Assembly (NCBI GenBank): GCA_049971805.1
Contig: JBMFKU010000007.1
Location: 1 to 64,000 of the forward strand
Length of the DNA: 64,000 nt
Origin: Caldisphaera sp.
Lineage (GTDB): Archaea; Thermoproteota; Thermoprotei_A; Sulfolobales; Acidilobaceae
Direction of reading: 5' to 3'
The notes below the pieces were generated by a model, which saw only the letters and a program-made list of their open reading frames with translations, was not told the DNA's origin and searched no databases. The position numbers and the translations under genes are program-made. Below, piece after piece: positions 1-11,713 of the stretch (its first letter is position 1; every line of letters starts with the position of its first letter).

Positions 1-737
<737 letters not shown>

Positions 738-3413
738 CTATCTCACCCTTGCTTTAGAAATAATTCTATTTATATCAACTGCCTTCCCATGATATGTTAG
801 CATTGGATCCACTCCATCTTCCCCATACCTGAACTGAACAATGTTTTCTACAGAATCTCTAACTGTTCCGTCATAGGCTACATATAAATCTTGCAACGCA
901 TTAATCAGCCTTCTTTGCATATATCCGCTCTGAGACGTCTTTACTGCTGTATCAACCAAGCCTTCTCTACCACCTGCTGCATGGAAAAATACCTCATAAG
1001 GTTTCAATCCCTTTCTGAAATTACCTATAACAAATCCTCTTGCCTCAGGGGATAAATCACCCGATCTAAATTGAGGCAATGTGCGTGTTCTAAACCCTCT
1101 AGAAATTCTCTTACCCCTAACTGTTTGCTGTCCAAGCATAACTGCCATCTGGGTTATATTTATATCGCTGCCCCTAGCACCTGTTCTTGCCATAACAAAC
1201 GCATTATTAAATGGATCCATGAACCCTATAGCTAGCTTTCCAGTATCATCCCTTAACTTTTGCAACCTTTGAATTATCCTTAATTCCAGACTTTCTTCAA
1301 TTGTCCTACCAGGTATTGGTTCTAAATTGCCTTCCTTATATTGATTAATTATATTTTCTATTTCTTGTTTTGCCTGCACAACCATCTCGTCTACCTTACT
1401 TCTAGCTTGTTCTGGTATTTCAACCTCATTCAACGAAATTGAAAATCCTTTCATCTCTAGCATTCTAATAAACATCCTAAATACATTATCTAAGAATTCT
1501 TTTGCCTCTCTTGAACCATATTCCAGTGTTATATAATGCAATATGTTTTCAGGCTGTTCTGCACCTATGGCATTTTTATCAAAGACTCCCAACAGCAATC
1601 TTCCATTATCAATTATAACATAAGAATCGTATAAGCACCTCTCTGAATCGCACTTTAGTTCTCCAGCATTAATTTTCGCTCTGCCTTCGAACTTAAATGT
1701 ATCTGGTAAGAATAAGCTTACTAGTTGTTTTCCTGTCCATAAAGGTTTGGGCCAAATTATTGCTGGTTCTGGTAACTTGCCTTTATAATTGGCTGCACCC
1801 AACAAATAAGATACTTCTTCCTTTGTTAATAGATTGGTTTTAATAGTCAGCAAGTAGGATCCGCTGATATAATCTTGTCTACCACCTATTATTGGTCCTC
1901 CGTATCTTGGAGATAAAATCTGATTTTCTACAAGCATCAATGCTTCCGCTTCTGCTCTTGCTTCATCTAACCTTGGTACATGCAAATTCATTTCGTCTCC
2001 ATCAAAGTCTGCATTGTATGGAGCACAGTCCAATAGATTTAATCTAAAGGTTCTACCTGGCATAACCCTTACTTTATGAGCCATGATGGACATTCTATGT
2101 AAGCTTGGCTGTCTATTAAATAATACTATATCTCCATTTACCAAATGCCTCTCTACTACATCACCTATTTCTAGACTTTCTGCTAATTGCCTGTAGTTTC
2201 TTTGATATCTTAGATCAATCTTCATGTTTTGTCTTGATTTATAAACAAACATAGCTCCTGGCCATTTATAAGGACCATTTAATACATATTTTCTTGCCTC
2301 ATCAATATTATATTGGGTAACAACTATAGGCAATGTTAATATCATTGCTATCTCTTCAGGAACTCCTACTTCATCAATACTTATATATGGATCTGGTGAA
2401 ATCACTGTTCTTGCTGAAAAGTTTACCCTTTTACCATTTAAGTTTCCTCTTAGCCTACCTTCTTTTCCTTTTAACCTTTGTGCTAATGTTTTTAATTGCT
2501 TCCTACCCCTATGAGACAATTGATAGATGTTAGGTAATTCATTATCTATATAGGCAGCTATAACATTTTGTAGTGTTTGCCAAGCCTCTTCAACCATAGA
2601 TTCTGGAGCATTAGAAGACAAAAAGTTCTTTAATCTTTCATTTTGTCTAACTATTTCTACTAATGCATGAGTTAAGTCATCCTCAGCCCTTAAGCCATTT
2701 TCCATAGTAATTGATGGTCTAACAGATAATGGTGGAACAGGTAAAACTGTTAAAACCATCCATTCCGGTCTTGCGGCCTTAGGATTCATACCCAATACTA
2801 TAATGTCTTTATCGATTATCCTTTCAAGTCTTTCCCTAATCTCGCTTGGAGTTAACCTAATTTCTCCTTCTGGTCTTACTTCATAATAGGTAAATGGCTT
2901 GATAAACTTAATCTTATACTGCTTTGCTTTGCAATGAGGACATTCTGATACAGAAGAAGCCTGCTTTGCTATTTCATCAGCAAATGTTTCTGCAAGTATT
3001 GGCCACATTTCTTTTAACCTTTCATATATAACTGTTAAATACTCTATTTTATCATCTGGCAATAAAATCCTACCACAGTTTCTGCAAGTTGATTGCAATA
3101 ATTCGCTTACCTTATCTCCAAGATGAGGTAAAATTATGGGCCTTGCAAGATCAATTTTTCCAAAATGACCCGGACACTCTTCTCTTGTGTTTCCGCATAC
3201 TGGACATCTTTCTCCTGGTTCTATTGCACCAAAATGGGGATCCCTTAAACCTCCTGAAACAGGCGAACCGTCTGCTTCATAAATTTCTGGCCTTACTACT
3301 GTTATTTTAGCCATCTTTCTTATTTCTATTGGGCTTAATAGGCTAAAATGTATCTTATCAATAACATATTTTTCTGATTCTCTATAATTATTAGTATAAG
3401 ACATTGCCTTCAC
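738..3413 (-). CDS. rpoA1: DNA-directed RNA polymerase subunit A' (Rpo1N)
   Basis: Catalytic YNADFDGDEMN, Zn-finger CPVCG...CPGHFG, GGREGLVDTAVKTSQSGYMQRR. Confidence 0.99.
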   Translation of the reverse strand: MKAMSYTNNYRESEKYVIDKIHFSLLSPIEIRKMAKITVVRPEIYEADGSPVSGGLRDPHFGAIEPGERCPVCGNTREECPGHFGKIDLARPIILPHLGDKVSELLQSTCRNCGRILLPDDKIEYLTVIYERLKEMWPILAETFADEIAKQASSVSECPHCKAKQYKIKFIKPFTYYEVRPEGEIRLTPSEIRERLERIIDKDIIVLGMNPKAARPEWMVLTVLPVPPLSVRPSITMENGLRAEDDLTHALVEIVRQNERLKNFLSSNAPESMVEEAWQTLQNVIAAYIDNELPNIYQLSHRGRKQLKTLAQRLKGKEGRLRGNLNGKRVNFSARTVISPDPYISIDEVGVPEEIAMILTLPIVVTQYNIDEARKYVLNGPYKWPGAMFVYKSRQNMKIDLRYQRNYRQLAESLEIGDVVERHLVNGDIVLFNRQPSLHRMSIMAHKVRVMPGRTFRLNLLDCAPYNADFDGDEMNLHVPRLDEARAEAEALMLVENQILSPRYGGPIIGGRQDYISGSYLLTIKTNLLTKEEVSYLLGAANYKGKLPEPAIIWPKPLWTGKQLVSLFLPDTFKFEGRAKINAGELKCDSERCLYDSYVIIDNGRLLLGVFDKNAIGAEQPENILHYITLEYGSREAKEFLDNVFRMFIRMLEMKGFSISLNEVEIPEQARSKVDEMVVQAKQEIENIINQYKEGNLEPIPGRTIEESLELRIIQRLQKLRDDTGKLAIGFMDPFNNAFVMARTGARGSDINITQMAVMLGQQTVRGKRISRGFRTRTLPQFRSGDLSPEARGFVIGNFRKGLKPYEVFFHAAGGREGLVDTAVKTSQSGYMQRRLINALQDLYVAYDGTVRDSVENIVQFRYGEDGVDPMLTYHGKAVDINRIISKARVR

Positions 3414-3414
3414 C

Positions 3415-6400
3415 TCATTTATCTTCTTTTACTTCCTGCTTAGTTTCATTCTTAACCTCATTTTCGCCATTACCATGGTTTGTTTCTTTGTTTTCCTTAC
3501 CAAAATCTACATCAAGCTTTTGTAATAATTTAATTTTATCTGATACTTTTATTTCAGGCTTTACACCCATACTAATTATTTCCTGTAAAAACAGCTTAAA
3601 TGCATAAGGAACCTTTACAGGCCTTATATCACCAGAGTCTCCATGTATTGGGCATTCATACATTCCTCTCTTGCTATTATACCAAGCAATGTGACCACAT
3701 AGATTGCATATATGCATAACATACACATCACTATTTTCTAGCATTCTGTCTCTTAATAGCATTGTTGCTCCATGACCAACTAAACAATCTCTTTCCATCT
3801 CTCCAAATCTTAATCCTCCTTGTCTTGCCTTTCCTTCTGTTGGTTGTCTTGTTAATAGCTGCACCTTACCTGTAGCCCTTGCATGCATCTTATCAGAAAC
3901 CATATGATATAGCCTTTGATAAAATGCAATGCCTATGGTTACAGTATTCTCAATAAGCCTTCCTGTTCTTCCATCATACATTACTTCTTTTCCGCTTGGA
4001 TCATAACCTCTCTTTATTAAAGTTAACTTCAAATTTTCAATATCTTCCTTGTAGAAAGGTGTTCCATCAATTAATTTACCTAGCAAAGCACCTGCCTTTG
4101 CAGTAACTACTTCTAATAATTGACCAACAGTCATTCTAGATGGTATACCGTGTGGGTTTACTATAATATCAGGAGTGATACCATCCTCCGTATATGGCAT
4201 ATTGTATTTTGGAAATAGCATGCCAACAACTCCTTTTTGTCCATGCCTACTAGCAAACTTATCTCCTAGTTCTGGTATTCTTAGATCTCTAACCTTTACC
4301 TTCACCAGCTTATTCCTTTCAGATGTTTGGGTTATCATTACTGTGTCAACTATTCCTTTCTCTCCATATCTTAATTGCACACTGGTATCTCTTTTTGATA
4401 ATACTCCAGGACCAATAACCCTTTCTTCTCCAATAAATCTTGGAGGACTCTCTCTTCCAACTAATACGTCTCCTCCTTCAACTTCAGCTTCTGCCTCAAC
4501 TATCCCATCAGGACCTAATTTTGTATAATATTGATCCCCCTTGTGATCGTAAAGCTTTGGTGATGGAACTGTTATTCTATCAGTTAATCCTCCTGGATAA
4601 TCATTTTCTGTCGCAGAATATACTCTAAAGAAATGGGCTCTGCCTAATCCCATATCAATACTAGTTTTATTAAATATTATCGCGTCTTCTATATTATAAC
4701 CAGTAAATGACATAAATGCTACAACAAAATTTTGCCCAGAAGGTCTTGCATTATATCCCATTTCTTCTAATGCTCTGGTTTGAACTATTGGTTTTTGAGG
4801 ATAATGCAATAAATATGCATGACTATCCATCCTTAAATTATAATTTAATGCATATAAACCCAATGCCTGTTTTGCCATTGCAGATTGATATGTATTTCTT
4901 GGACTTTGATTGTGCTCTAAAAAAGGTATTGTAGATGCAGCAACTCCAAAAATTCCAGAAACCCATAGCTCTAAATGTGTTGTTTCATTATTTATTTCAT
5001 CTATTTTTTCAGCAATATAAGCATCTTCCTCTTCATCAGGATCTAATAATTCTATTATACCCATTCTAACCAAATCCCAGAACTTTATCTCACCTTTTTC
5101 AACTTTGCTAATTATGTTCTTTGTTAAATTAGGCTTATTGTTTTGTACAATTATTACAGGCCTCATTAATCTTCCTTCATCAGTATTTATATAAACATCT
5201 TTTGAGTTCCCTTCTTCTATTATAGAAACACCTACTTCATAGCTTAGTTGTCCTTTTCTTCTCATCTCTCTTAATTTCTTTACCAATCCATTACCATCGG
5301 AAATATAACCTATTGGACTTCCATTTAGAAATACCTTAGCACCTTGATTAACTATATTAGATGCTTCTTGGTCGTTTTCTGTTGATTTCTTAATTAAATC
5401 TTCCATAGGTATTAATCCTAAGTTAACTAAAACCCTTTCTATCATCTTTTCATCGATTCCAACAGAAATATACGACATTAATGCCAAATTTTTGACCAAA
5501 CCACAATTAATTCCTTCTGGTGTTTCAAATGGACATAATCTACCCCAATGCGTTCCATGCAAGTCTCTTGCTTCAAAATGGGTTTGGCCTCTGCTTAATG
5601 GTGAAATAACTCTTCTCAAATGGCTTAATAAGCTAATCCAATTAGTTCTATCTAAGGCTTGACTAACTCCTGTCCTATTTTGTGTCCAATTACCTGTTGC
5701 CAACGCTGTTCTTATTCTTTCAGTTATTATATCAGACCTTACTAAAAATCTTAACCTAATTTTCTTGCGTTGGCTTATGTACTCTTCTAATTGGCTAGAT
5801 ATTGTATTTACAAATTGTTGAAATGCATCTCTAAAAATCTCCGCTATCAAATCCCCGGCCAATCTTAACCTTTTATTAGAGTAGTGATCTTTATCATCTT
5901 CTCCCCTCTTATCTAAATAGAGCTCTAATACCCTGTTAGCCATTTCACCTAAGAAATAGGCCTTCTTTTTTCTGTCTTCTACTTTATCACCCAAGTGAGG
6001 TAAAAACTGAGTATCGATAAATTCTTCAGCTCTTGCTATTCTAATTTCTCTTGGCTGACCTGGTGCTAATCTATTACCTATATATTCTAAGGCATCCTCT
6101 ACACTTTTTATTGTAAATGCTACCTTCTCAAAACTTGGCAGTAGCTCTCTCTGTATATCAGGGTTAAAAGAAACTGCCGCTGCAATTTCAGCATCTTTTT
6201 CTAAGCCTAATGCTTTCATCATTACAATGAACGGGATTCTATAACCTAATCTGCTCATGCTTAATTCTAAAGTACCATCATTCATCCTATCAACTATTAC
6301 TTGCCTTCTTAGTCCTAATACTGTTGAAACCACCTTTGCTGTGTGTGTTATCCTTGCTGTATTAGCTGTAGATAGACCAACAATAATCCTGTTTACTGCT

Positions 6401-6948
6401 AAATCTTCTTGTGCAACTATAACTCTTTCGCTTCCATTTATAATGAAATACCCTCCCGGGTCATAAGGATCTTCTCCAATGTTCATTAATTCATTTTCAT
6501 TATATTGAGAAATGGGATCTATTTGTGATTTTACCATCACTGGAAAATCTGCAATTTTTAATTCTTCTCTCTCCATTTCAATTCCATTTTCAATCAATAC
6601 CATTTCTAAATATAATGGAGCGGAATAAGTTAAATTTCTTATTCTAGCTTCACTAGGAGTTATTACATGAACAAAGCCATCAGCTTCTCTGACCTGAGGA
6701 CTACCTATTCTTACTTTACCTAAAACCACTCTAACATCTGGCCCTTCATTTATTTCTACATCTGGTTTCTTTATTTGCTTAAAAGTTGGCTTTATCTCTC
6801 CATAAGAATCAATTATCTTCTGTAATCTTTCCCTCATAAATGAATTGAAAGAATCCAAATGTTGTCGTGAAAGACCATTTTCACGTAAATATTGCTTGAA
6901 TAATATCCATAAATCATTATTGTCTAACTTAGATTCATCAATAGACAA
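3415..6948 (-). CDS. rpoB: DNA-directed RNA polymerase subunit B (Rpo2), unsplit
   Basis: GDKFASRHGQKG, GGLRFGEMERDCL, ETPEG motifs; 1177 aa. Confidence 0.99.
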   Translation of the reverse strand: MSIDESKLDNNDLWILFKQYLRENGLSRQHLDSFNSFMRERLQKIIDSYGEIKPTFKQIKKPDVEINEGPDVRVVLGKVRIGSPQVREADGFVHVITPSEARIRNLTYSAPLYLEMVLIENGIEMEREELKIADFPVMVKSQIDPISQYNENELMNIGEDPYDPGGYFIINGSERVIVAQEDLAVNRIIVGLSTANTARITHTAKVVSTVLGLRRQVIVDRMNDGTLELSMSRLGYRIPFIVMMKALGLEKDAEIAAAVSFNPDIQRELLPSFEKVAFTIKSVEDALEYIGNRLAPGQPREIRIARAEEFIDTQFLPHLGDKVEDRKKKAYFLGEMANRVLELYLDKRGEDDKDHYSNKRLRLAGDLIAEIFRDAFQQFVNTISSQLEEYISQRKKIRLRFLVRSDIITERIRTALATGNWTQNRTGVSQALDRTNWISLLSHLRRVISPLSRGQTHFEARDLHGTHWGRLCPFETPEGINCGLVKNLALMSYISVGIDEKMIERVLVNLGLIPMEDLIKKSTENDQEASNIVNQGAKVFLNGSPIGYISDGNGLVKKLREMRRKGQLSYEVGVSIIEEGNSKDVYINTDEGRLMRPVIIVQNNKPNLTKNIISKVEKGEIKFWDLVRMGIIELLDPDEEEDAYIAEKIDEINNETTHLELWVSGIFGVAASTIPFLEHNQSPRNTYQSAMAKQALGLYALNYNLRMDSHAYLLHYPQKPIVQTRALEEMGYNARPSGQNFVVAFMSFTGYNIEDAIIFNKTSIDMGLGRAHFFRVYSATENDYPGGLTDRITVPSPKLYDHKGDQYYTKLGPDGIVEAEAEVEGGDVLVGRESPPRFIGEERVIGPGVLSKRDTSVQLRYGEKGIVDTVMITQTSERNKLVKVKVRDLRIPELGDKFASRHGQKGVVGMLFPKYNMPYTEDGITPDIIVNPHGIPSRMTVGQLLEVVTAKAGALLGKLIDGTPFYKEDIENLKLTLIKRGYDPSGKEVMYDGRTGRLIENTVTIGIAFYQRLYHMVSDKMHARATGKVQLLTRQPTEGKARQGGLRFGEMERDCLVGHGATMLLRDRMLENSDVYVMHICNLCGHIAWYNSKRGMYECPIHGDSGDIRPVKVPYAFKLFLQEIISMGVKPEIKVSDKIKLLQKLDVDFGKENKETNHGNGENEVKNETKQEVKEDK

Positions 6949-6963
6949 AATAATTGCACCTCT

Positions 6964-7218
6964 TCAATATGAAACAACAATCCTATATGCTTTATACTTC
7001 CCCGCTGTTGGGGAATTTCTGTCAATTTCAATAATATCTCCAGGCTTTCCATTAAGAATCTTAACAATAGGATCATTAATACTAATACGTGGCAATTGCC
7101 ACGGCTTTATACCTAAATTTTTTAAAACTTCCACAGATTCTTCTAAAGATAAAATTCTATGCTTTGGAACTAAATAATGCTCTGTTATTTTTAAGCTACT
7201 AGACGATTTTGAAGGCAA
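6964..7218 (-). CDS. rpoH: DNA-directed RNA polymerase subunit H (Rpo5)
   Basis: [10 protein letters not shown]...QLPRI...DP...[14 protein letters not shown]...YRIV; heads the rpo operon. Confidence 0.98.
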   Translation of the reverse strand: MPSKSSSSLKITEHYLVPKHRILSLEESVEVLKNLGIKPWQLPRISINDPIVKILNGKPGDIIEIDRNSPTAGKYKAYRIVVSY

Positions 7219-7323
7219 ACTTCAATGCACCCCCTCTACTGCAAAAGTCTAAGTTAGTACCCGAGGTTATTAGCATTAACATTTTTTAATGATATGAAAA
7301 AATTTGGAGCCCTATTTTTTATG

Positions 7324-7436
<113 letters not shown>

Positions 7437-7764
7437 TCACCGCACTATTGCTTTATATATTTCAGGTTAAAAATACTAACTATCTTTTTGGTAACATAAA
7501 AAGTTTAAAACCCTTGAAATTGCTTGAAAATTAATTAAATAACAAGATAAGTCCTAATTAAAATTTTTGAAATTAATCCATATCTTATTTATTAAATCAA
7601 ATTTGAAAGTATAGTGGGATTATTTTAAATCAACATTAAACTTTGAATCATTATTTTAAATATAAAAAACTATCATACAAGACTTAATATACTTATTGGA
7701 TACAAAAAAATATTAACCTAGTATTGCTTACATATAATAGGATAAAAATAGAGAGTGAAAAAGC

Positions 7765-8118
7765 ATGACAGAAAGTGTACCTATGAAAGAAGGTATATAT
7801 GAAAGGAATAGGGTTTTATATGTTATAGGCCCAAAAGCTATTGCAAAGGTCTCATCTGCTTTGGCAAGTGATACAAGAGCAAAAATACTTTCAATTTTGC
7901 AAAAAGGACCAACCGATTTAGAAGACTTAGCTAATTTGGTAAACCAGAGCAAGGCAAATGTTAGCTCTCAAATAAGAAAACTTGAAGAGGTTAATATAGT
8001 CAGATCGAAGTACTCGCCAGGCCAAAGAGGAATTAAAAAGATTGTGGAGCTAATTGTTGATAAAATGGTAATGACAATAACACCAGAAAAGATACATGAA
8101 ATAGAACAAGAAAAATAA
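7765..8118 (+). CDS. ArsR/SmtB-type winged-HTH transcriptional regulator
   Basis: ALASDTRAKILSILQKGPTDLEDLANLVNQSKANVSSQIRKLEEVNIV. Confidence 0.85.
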   Translation: MTESVPMKEGIYERNRVLYVIGPKAIAKVSSALASDTRAKILSILQKGPTDLEDLANLVNQSKANVSSQIRKLEEVNIVRSKYSPGQRGIKKIVELIVDKMVMTITPEKIHEIEQEK

Positions 8119-8144
8119 TAATTTTAAAAACTAACTATTGCTAT

Positions 8145-8588
8145 TTACTCTTTCTTTTTGGATCTTGCACATGCACCAAGATTCTTAGCAATATCTAACA
8201 AAATACCAAGACCTTGAGATACATCAGGGTCTCCTAACGATCTCATCAAACCCATTAAACCAAGTTTTCTTGGTTTTGTAATATCTACACCGCTCATGGC
8301 ATTTATCGCGCATGTTGTAAGATCTTCTACAGTCATTTTCGCCTTTGCAAACTGTACTCCATCAACTTTTTCTACTCCTCTACTTAGAGTTGCTAGTAAA
8401 CCTACCAGTCTCATTATTACTGGGTCATCAGACATGGCTAAAAATGTATCATCGGATTTTTCAGCTAGGTAATTTATTAAACCCAATAACCCACTTTTCT
8501 TTAATGAAGATATTGAATTTAATAACATACTAAGAGTTTGAGCCTGAATTTCTGGTGATACTTCCCCAACTCCTTCATTTTCTGCCAT
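8145..8588 (-). CDS. DUF1641-like protein
   Basis: C-terminal KLGLMGLMRSLGDPDVSQGLGILLDIAKNLG signature; follows an SQR-like gene. Confidence 0.8.
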   Translation of the reverse strand: MAENEGVGEVSPEIQAQTLSMLLNSISSLKKSGLLGLINYLAEKSDDTFLAMSDDPVIMRLVGLLATLSRGVEKVDGVQFAKAKMTVEDLTTCAINAMSGVDITKPRKLGLMGLMRSLGDPDVSQGLGILLDIAKNLGACARSKKKE

Positions 8589-8598
8589 TTAAATCACC

Positions 8599-9789
8599 TC
8601 AAAACTTAAGAGAACCAATCCAGCCCGCGTAAAATGCTTGTTTCAACAATCTACCAATAGTGTATTTGCCTATGAAGTAGCATTTTGTCGTGTAAACACC
8701 TTTTTGCTCATCAAAAGGTGTTTCGCATGTACCCAACCATCCCCTTTCTCCAGCATAGCCAACACATGTTACTGGACTAAATGGCTGAGAAGGAGCAAAA
8801 CCAGTTAAATCTGCTAAAATTTGTCCAACTGCAGTTATTGCCATTGATTCAACAAAAACACCAGCTAATCCTATGCCAATTGGTATTAAACTGTGTTCTC
8901 CTGCCATATAAACATCATCATATTGAGGATGTCTCATAGTTTTTGGCAATGCTGGTGACCACCTTGGGTCTTGTTTCCAAACAAATCCTTCACTGTTCTC
9001 TAAAGCCTTTGGCAATCTAGCTGGAGGAACTTTTACCAACAAGTCATATTTAAACTCCCCGCTACTTGTTACTACAGTCTTCTTTTGTACATCAACTTCT
9101 TTTAACTTTGAGTTTGGCACATATTCAACTCCATATTCATCTAGAGTTTCTTTTAAAAACCTTGATATCTCTGGACCCAGTCCACCATCGGGAACTGGCA
9201 TTATTGGTGCTGGAATTGGATCTAATAAAGTTACTTTTGTCTTCTTCCCTCTTTGCTTAGTATATAATGAAAGCATTGTAGATGCCTCATATGGATATAT
9301 ACCACATCTATATGGAAATTCAGGAACCAATACAACAATATTTGAATTATCTTTAACTCCTGCTAGAGCCTTTCTCATCTCTTGAGCTCCTTCCAAGCTA
9401 AAGTTATGAACACCATCCTTATCTAACCCAGGATAGGCATTCCATCCTTGATCGGTTCCTAAAGATACTATCAAATAATCATATTGATATTTACCTTTAG
9501 CTCCTATAACTGTTCTGTTAGCAGCATCTATCTTTTGTATTTCATCTACTGCAGTCTTAATACCATACTTCTCCATGTTTGCTACAGGGGCTCTGGTGTC
9601 TTCAGGTTCTCCATAGTTAAATGCTACGTCAAAAAACAAAGGAGGCATATAATGGTATGGATCTTTATTAACTACTAAAACTTCTGCATCCAATTTTCTT
9701 TTTTTAATTTCCTCAGAAATCCTTTTCGCAGCTGCATAACCCCCTGCACCACCACCGGCAATAACTATCTTCTTAGGCAACTCGCTCAC
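8599..9789 (-). CDS. SQR/FCSD-like FAD-dependent oxidoreductase
   Basis: IVIAGGGAGG FAD motif, PYRCGIYPYE Cys motif, C-terminal VTCVGY. Confidence 0.85.
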   Translation of the reverse strand: MSELPKKIVIAGGGAGGYAAAKRISEEIKKRKLDAEVLVVNKDPYHYMPPLFFDVAFNYGEPEDTRAPVANMEKYGIKTAVDEIQKIDAANRTVIGAKGKYQYDYLIVSLGTDQGWNAYPGLDKDGVHNFSLEGAQEMRKALAGVKDNSNIVVLVPEFPYRCGIYPYEASTMLSLYTKQRGKKTKVTLLDPIPAPIMPVPDGGLGPEISRFLKETLDEYGVEYVPNSKLKEVDVQKKTVVTSSGEFKYDLLVKVPPARLPKALENSEGFVWKQDPRWSPALPKTMRHPQYDDVYMAGEHSLIPIGIGLAGVFVESMAITAVGQILADLTGFAPSQPFSPVTCVGYAGERGWLGTCETPFDEQKGVYTTKCYFIGKYTIGRLLKQAFYAGWIGSLKF

Positions 9790-9806
9790 CCACTGCTTTA
9801 AAAAAT

Positions 9807-9833
9807 ATTAAATGCTGTTAAAAAGCATTTAAT
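9807..9833. promoter_or_regulatory. Perfect 10-bp inverted repeat overlapping a TATA-like box; candidate operator or internal promoter
   Basis: ATTAAATGCT-gttaaaa-AGCATTTAAT, 18-44 bp upstream of the start at 9789. Confidence 0.5.
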
Positions 9834-9869
9834 GACAAAAATAAATGGTTTAAATAAAAATTTCTCTAT

Positions 9870-10253
9870 TTAACTGCCAAAGGCTTTTAATATGCTTAAA
9901 GCTAGACCTATTCCTTTAGAAACTTCAGGATCAGATAATTTGACGATTATTTGAGATAATGACATGGGTTTTATTTCAACTTTTTTACTTTCTTCAATAG
10001 TTTCAGATAATTTGTCGACAATCAAATTAATTTTATTCCATACTTCTGGTCTAGTAATCTTTTCTAAAGTTTTTATAATTTCAGGTAATCTATCAATCAA
10101 CATAAATGTTTCTTCGGTTACAACAAGCTTTGATATAGCCTTTAATAGTTCTTCATCCTTTAACATATTATTTAATAGATCTAATAGATGCAAAAGCCTT
10201 TCAAGGCTCTCAGATTGCAATTCAGCCTCATTTATTTCTTTCATATCAATCAC
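9870..10253 (-). CDS. DUF1641-like protein
   Basis: C-terminal KPMSLSQIIVKLSDPEVSKGIGLALSILKAFG; start overlaps the stop of the upstream SQR-like gene. Confidence 0.75.
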   Translation of the reverse strand: MIDMKEINEAELQSESLERLLHLLDLLNNMLKDEELLKAISKLVVTEETFMLIDRLPEIIKTLEKITRPEVWNKINLIVDKLSETIEESKKVEIKPMSLSQIIVKLSDPEVSKGIGLALSILKAFGS

Positions 10254-11443
10254 CTAAATATTTTCCACAATACTTCAGGTGAAATGTTTTCAAAATAAAC
10301 ATCAAATATTGGATCCCAAAACTCTGGATGCCTTATTACATCCCAATAAGCATCAGCAAATAATCTTTTCATAATATAATTTATAGTACTTGCTGGTAAT
10401 TTTGCTGCTGGATGACCAAAATCACTTATAACAAATGTACCTTTTCCAAATCCAATTTCTGTTGGGCAATTCGTTCTTCCATTATTTTTAGCATCCATCC
10501 CTCTCATTCTCTTTGCAACTACTTTGGCTTGTAAATGAGCTGTAACCCCAGTTTTTGCATTTGCTGATGTTGATGCATCACCTATAGCATATACATCATC
10601 ATAATTCAAGACTCTATTTGTTAGCTTATCTGCATTAATAAGTCTATCTTCGTTTACTGCATTTTCTGGTTTTATTTCTATTTTAGGTCCTTTATGAGTT
10701 GGTATTATTATTGCTGCATCATATTTTATTGTATCTCCCTCTAAAGATGTAATCGTTTTATTTTCTGTATCAACCTTATCTGCTGTAAAAAACGTCATTA
10801 TATTAATACCTCTATCCTTTAATATTGGTTCAAGCACTTCATTAAAGCTTTCTGCTGAATAAGCTCTTGGATAAGGTACTGCAATTGTTAAGTTAATATT
10901 TTCCCTTACACCTCTTAGTCTAAACGCTTCATCTGCTAATAATATACCCTCATAAGGAGATGGCGGGCATCTATGATAAGGATCTCCAACTGATATAACA
11001 AAATTTCCTTTTTTCATGCTTCTAATTATATCAAATGTTTTAAACGCATTTTCAGGAGTTGAATGGAAATCACCATATTGGGTAACTAACTTCTCATTCC
11101 CTTCAATAGCGCTGTGCTCAATTACGACCCCAGGTGCTATGGCTAGATAATCATATTTTAGAGATTTTTTATTATCAAGAGTAACACTTCTATTTTCCAA
11201 ATCAATTTTTTCAACTCTATTTACAAGCAAATTGACATTTTTCATTAACAATGATTGAAGAGGTCTATATAAGTTTGATGCGTCCCCTCTAAATGCAATC
11301 TGTAATAATTGAGGTAAATAATAATGGTATGGTGTATCATTAATAACGGTTACATCAAATTCATCGTAAATTGCTAAGTCGTTAGCTAATATTGCTCCTC
11401 CTGCTCCTCCTCCAACAATTAAAAATTTCGATTTTTCAGGCAT
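10250..11443 (-). CDS. Sulfide:quinone oxidoreductase-like (type III/SqrC-like) flavoprotein
   Basis: LIVGGGAGG, PYHRCPPSPYE, YAIGDA, AKTGVTAH, GRTNCPTEIG. Confidence 0.87.
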   Translation of the reverse strand: MPEKSKFLIVGGGAGGAILANDLAIYDEFDVTVINDTPYHYYLPQLLQIAFRGDASNLYRPLQSLLMKNVNLLVNRVEKIDLENRSVTLDNKKSLKYDYLAIAPGVVIEHSAIEGNEKLVTQYGDFHSTPENAFKTFDIIRSMKKGNFVISVGDPYHRCPPSPYEGILLADEAFRLRGVRENINLTIAVPYPRAYSAESFNEVLEPILKDRGINIMTFFTADKVDTENKTITSLEGDTIKYDAAIIIPTHKGPKIEIKPENAVNEDRLINADKLTNRVLNYDDVYAIGDASTSANAKTGVTAHLQAKVVAKRMRGMDAKNNGRTNCPTEIGFGKGTFVISDFGHPAAKLPASTINYIMKRLFADAYWDVIRHPEFWDPIFDVYFENISPEVLWKIFR

Positions 11444-11462
11444 ATAAAGTCACCAAAAAAAA

Positions 11463-11702
11463 TTACTTTTTAGCAACAACTTTGATAATAGCAATTATTT
11501 TATCTTTATCTTCTTTTAACTCAATAAGCTCATTTTTAGTTCTATCAATCCATGCCTTAATATCGCTCCTAAATCCAGGATCAGTAGCCCATATTTCTAA
11601 TATATCACCATTTTTTGCATTTTTATAAGCTTTAGTCAAACTAGTTATGGGACCTGGGCAAGATAAACCTCTTGCATCCACAATTTTCTTTTCTTCACTC
11701 AT
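11463..11702 (-). CDS. tusA: TusA/SirA family sulfur carrier protein
   Basis: VDARGLSCPGP motif and WATDPGF. Confidence 0.93.
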   Translation of the reverse strand: MSEEKKIVDARGLSCPGPITSLTKAYKNAKNGDILEIWATDPGFRSDIKAWIDRTKNELIELKEDKDKIIAIIKVVAKK

Positions 11703-11713
11703 CTAGCTCACCC

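Noticed and set aside
738-6948. Inteins or an unusual split in the RNA polymerase subunits
   Set aside because: Lengths and motifs are normal; unsplit RpoB and split A'/A'' are standard for crenarchaea
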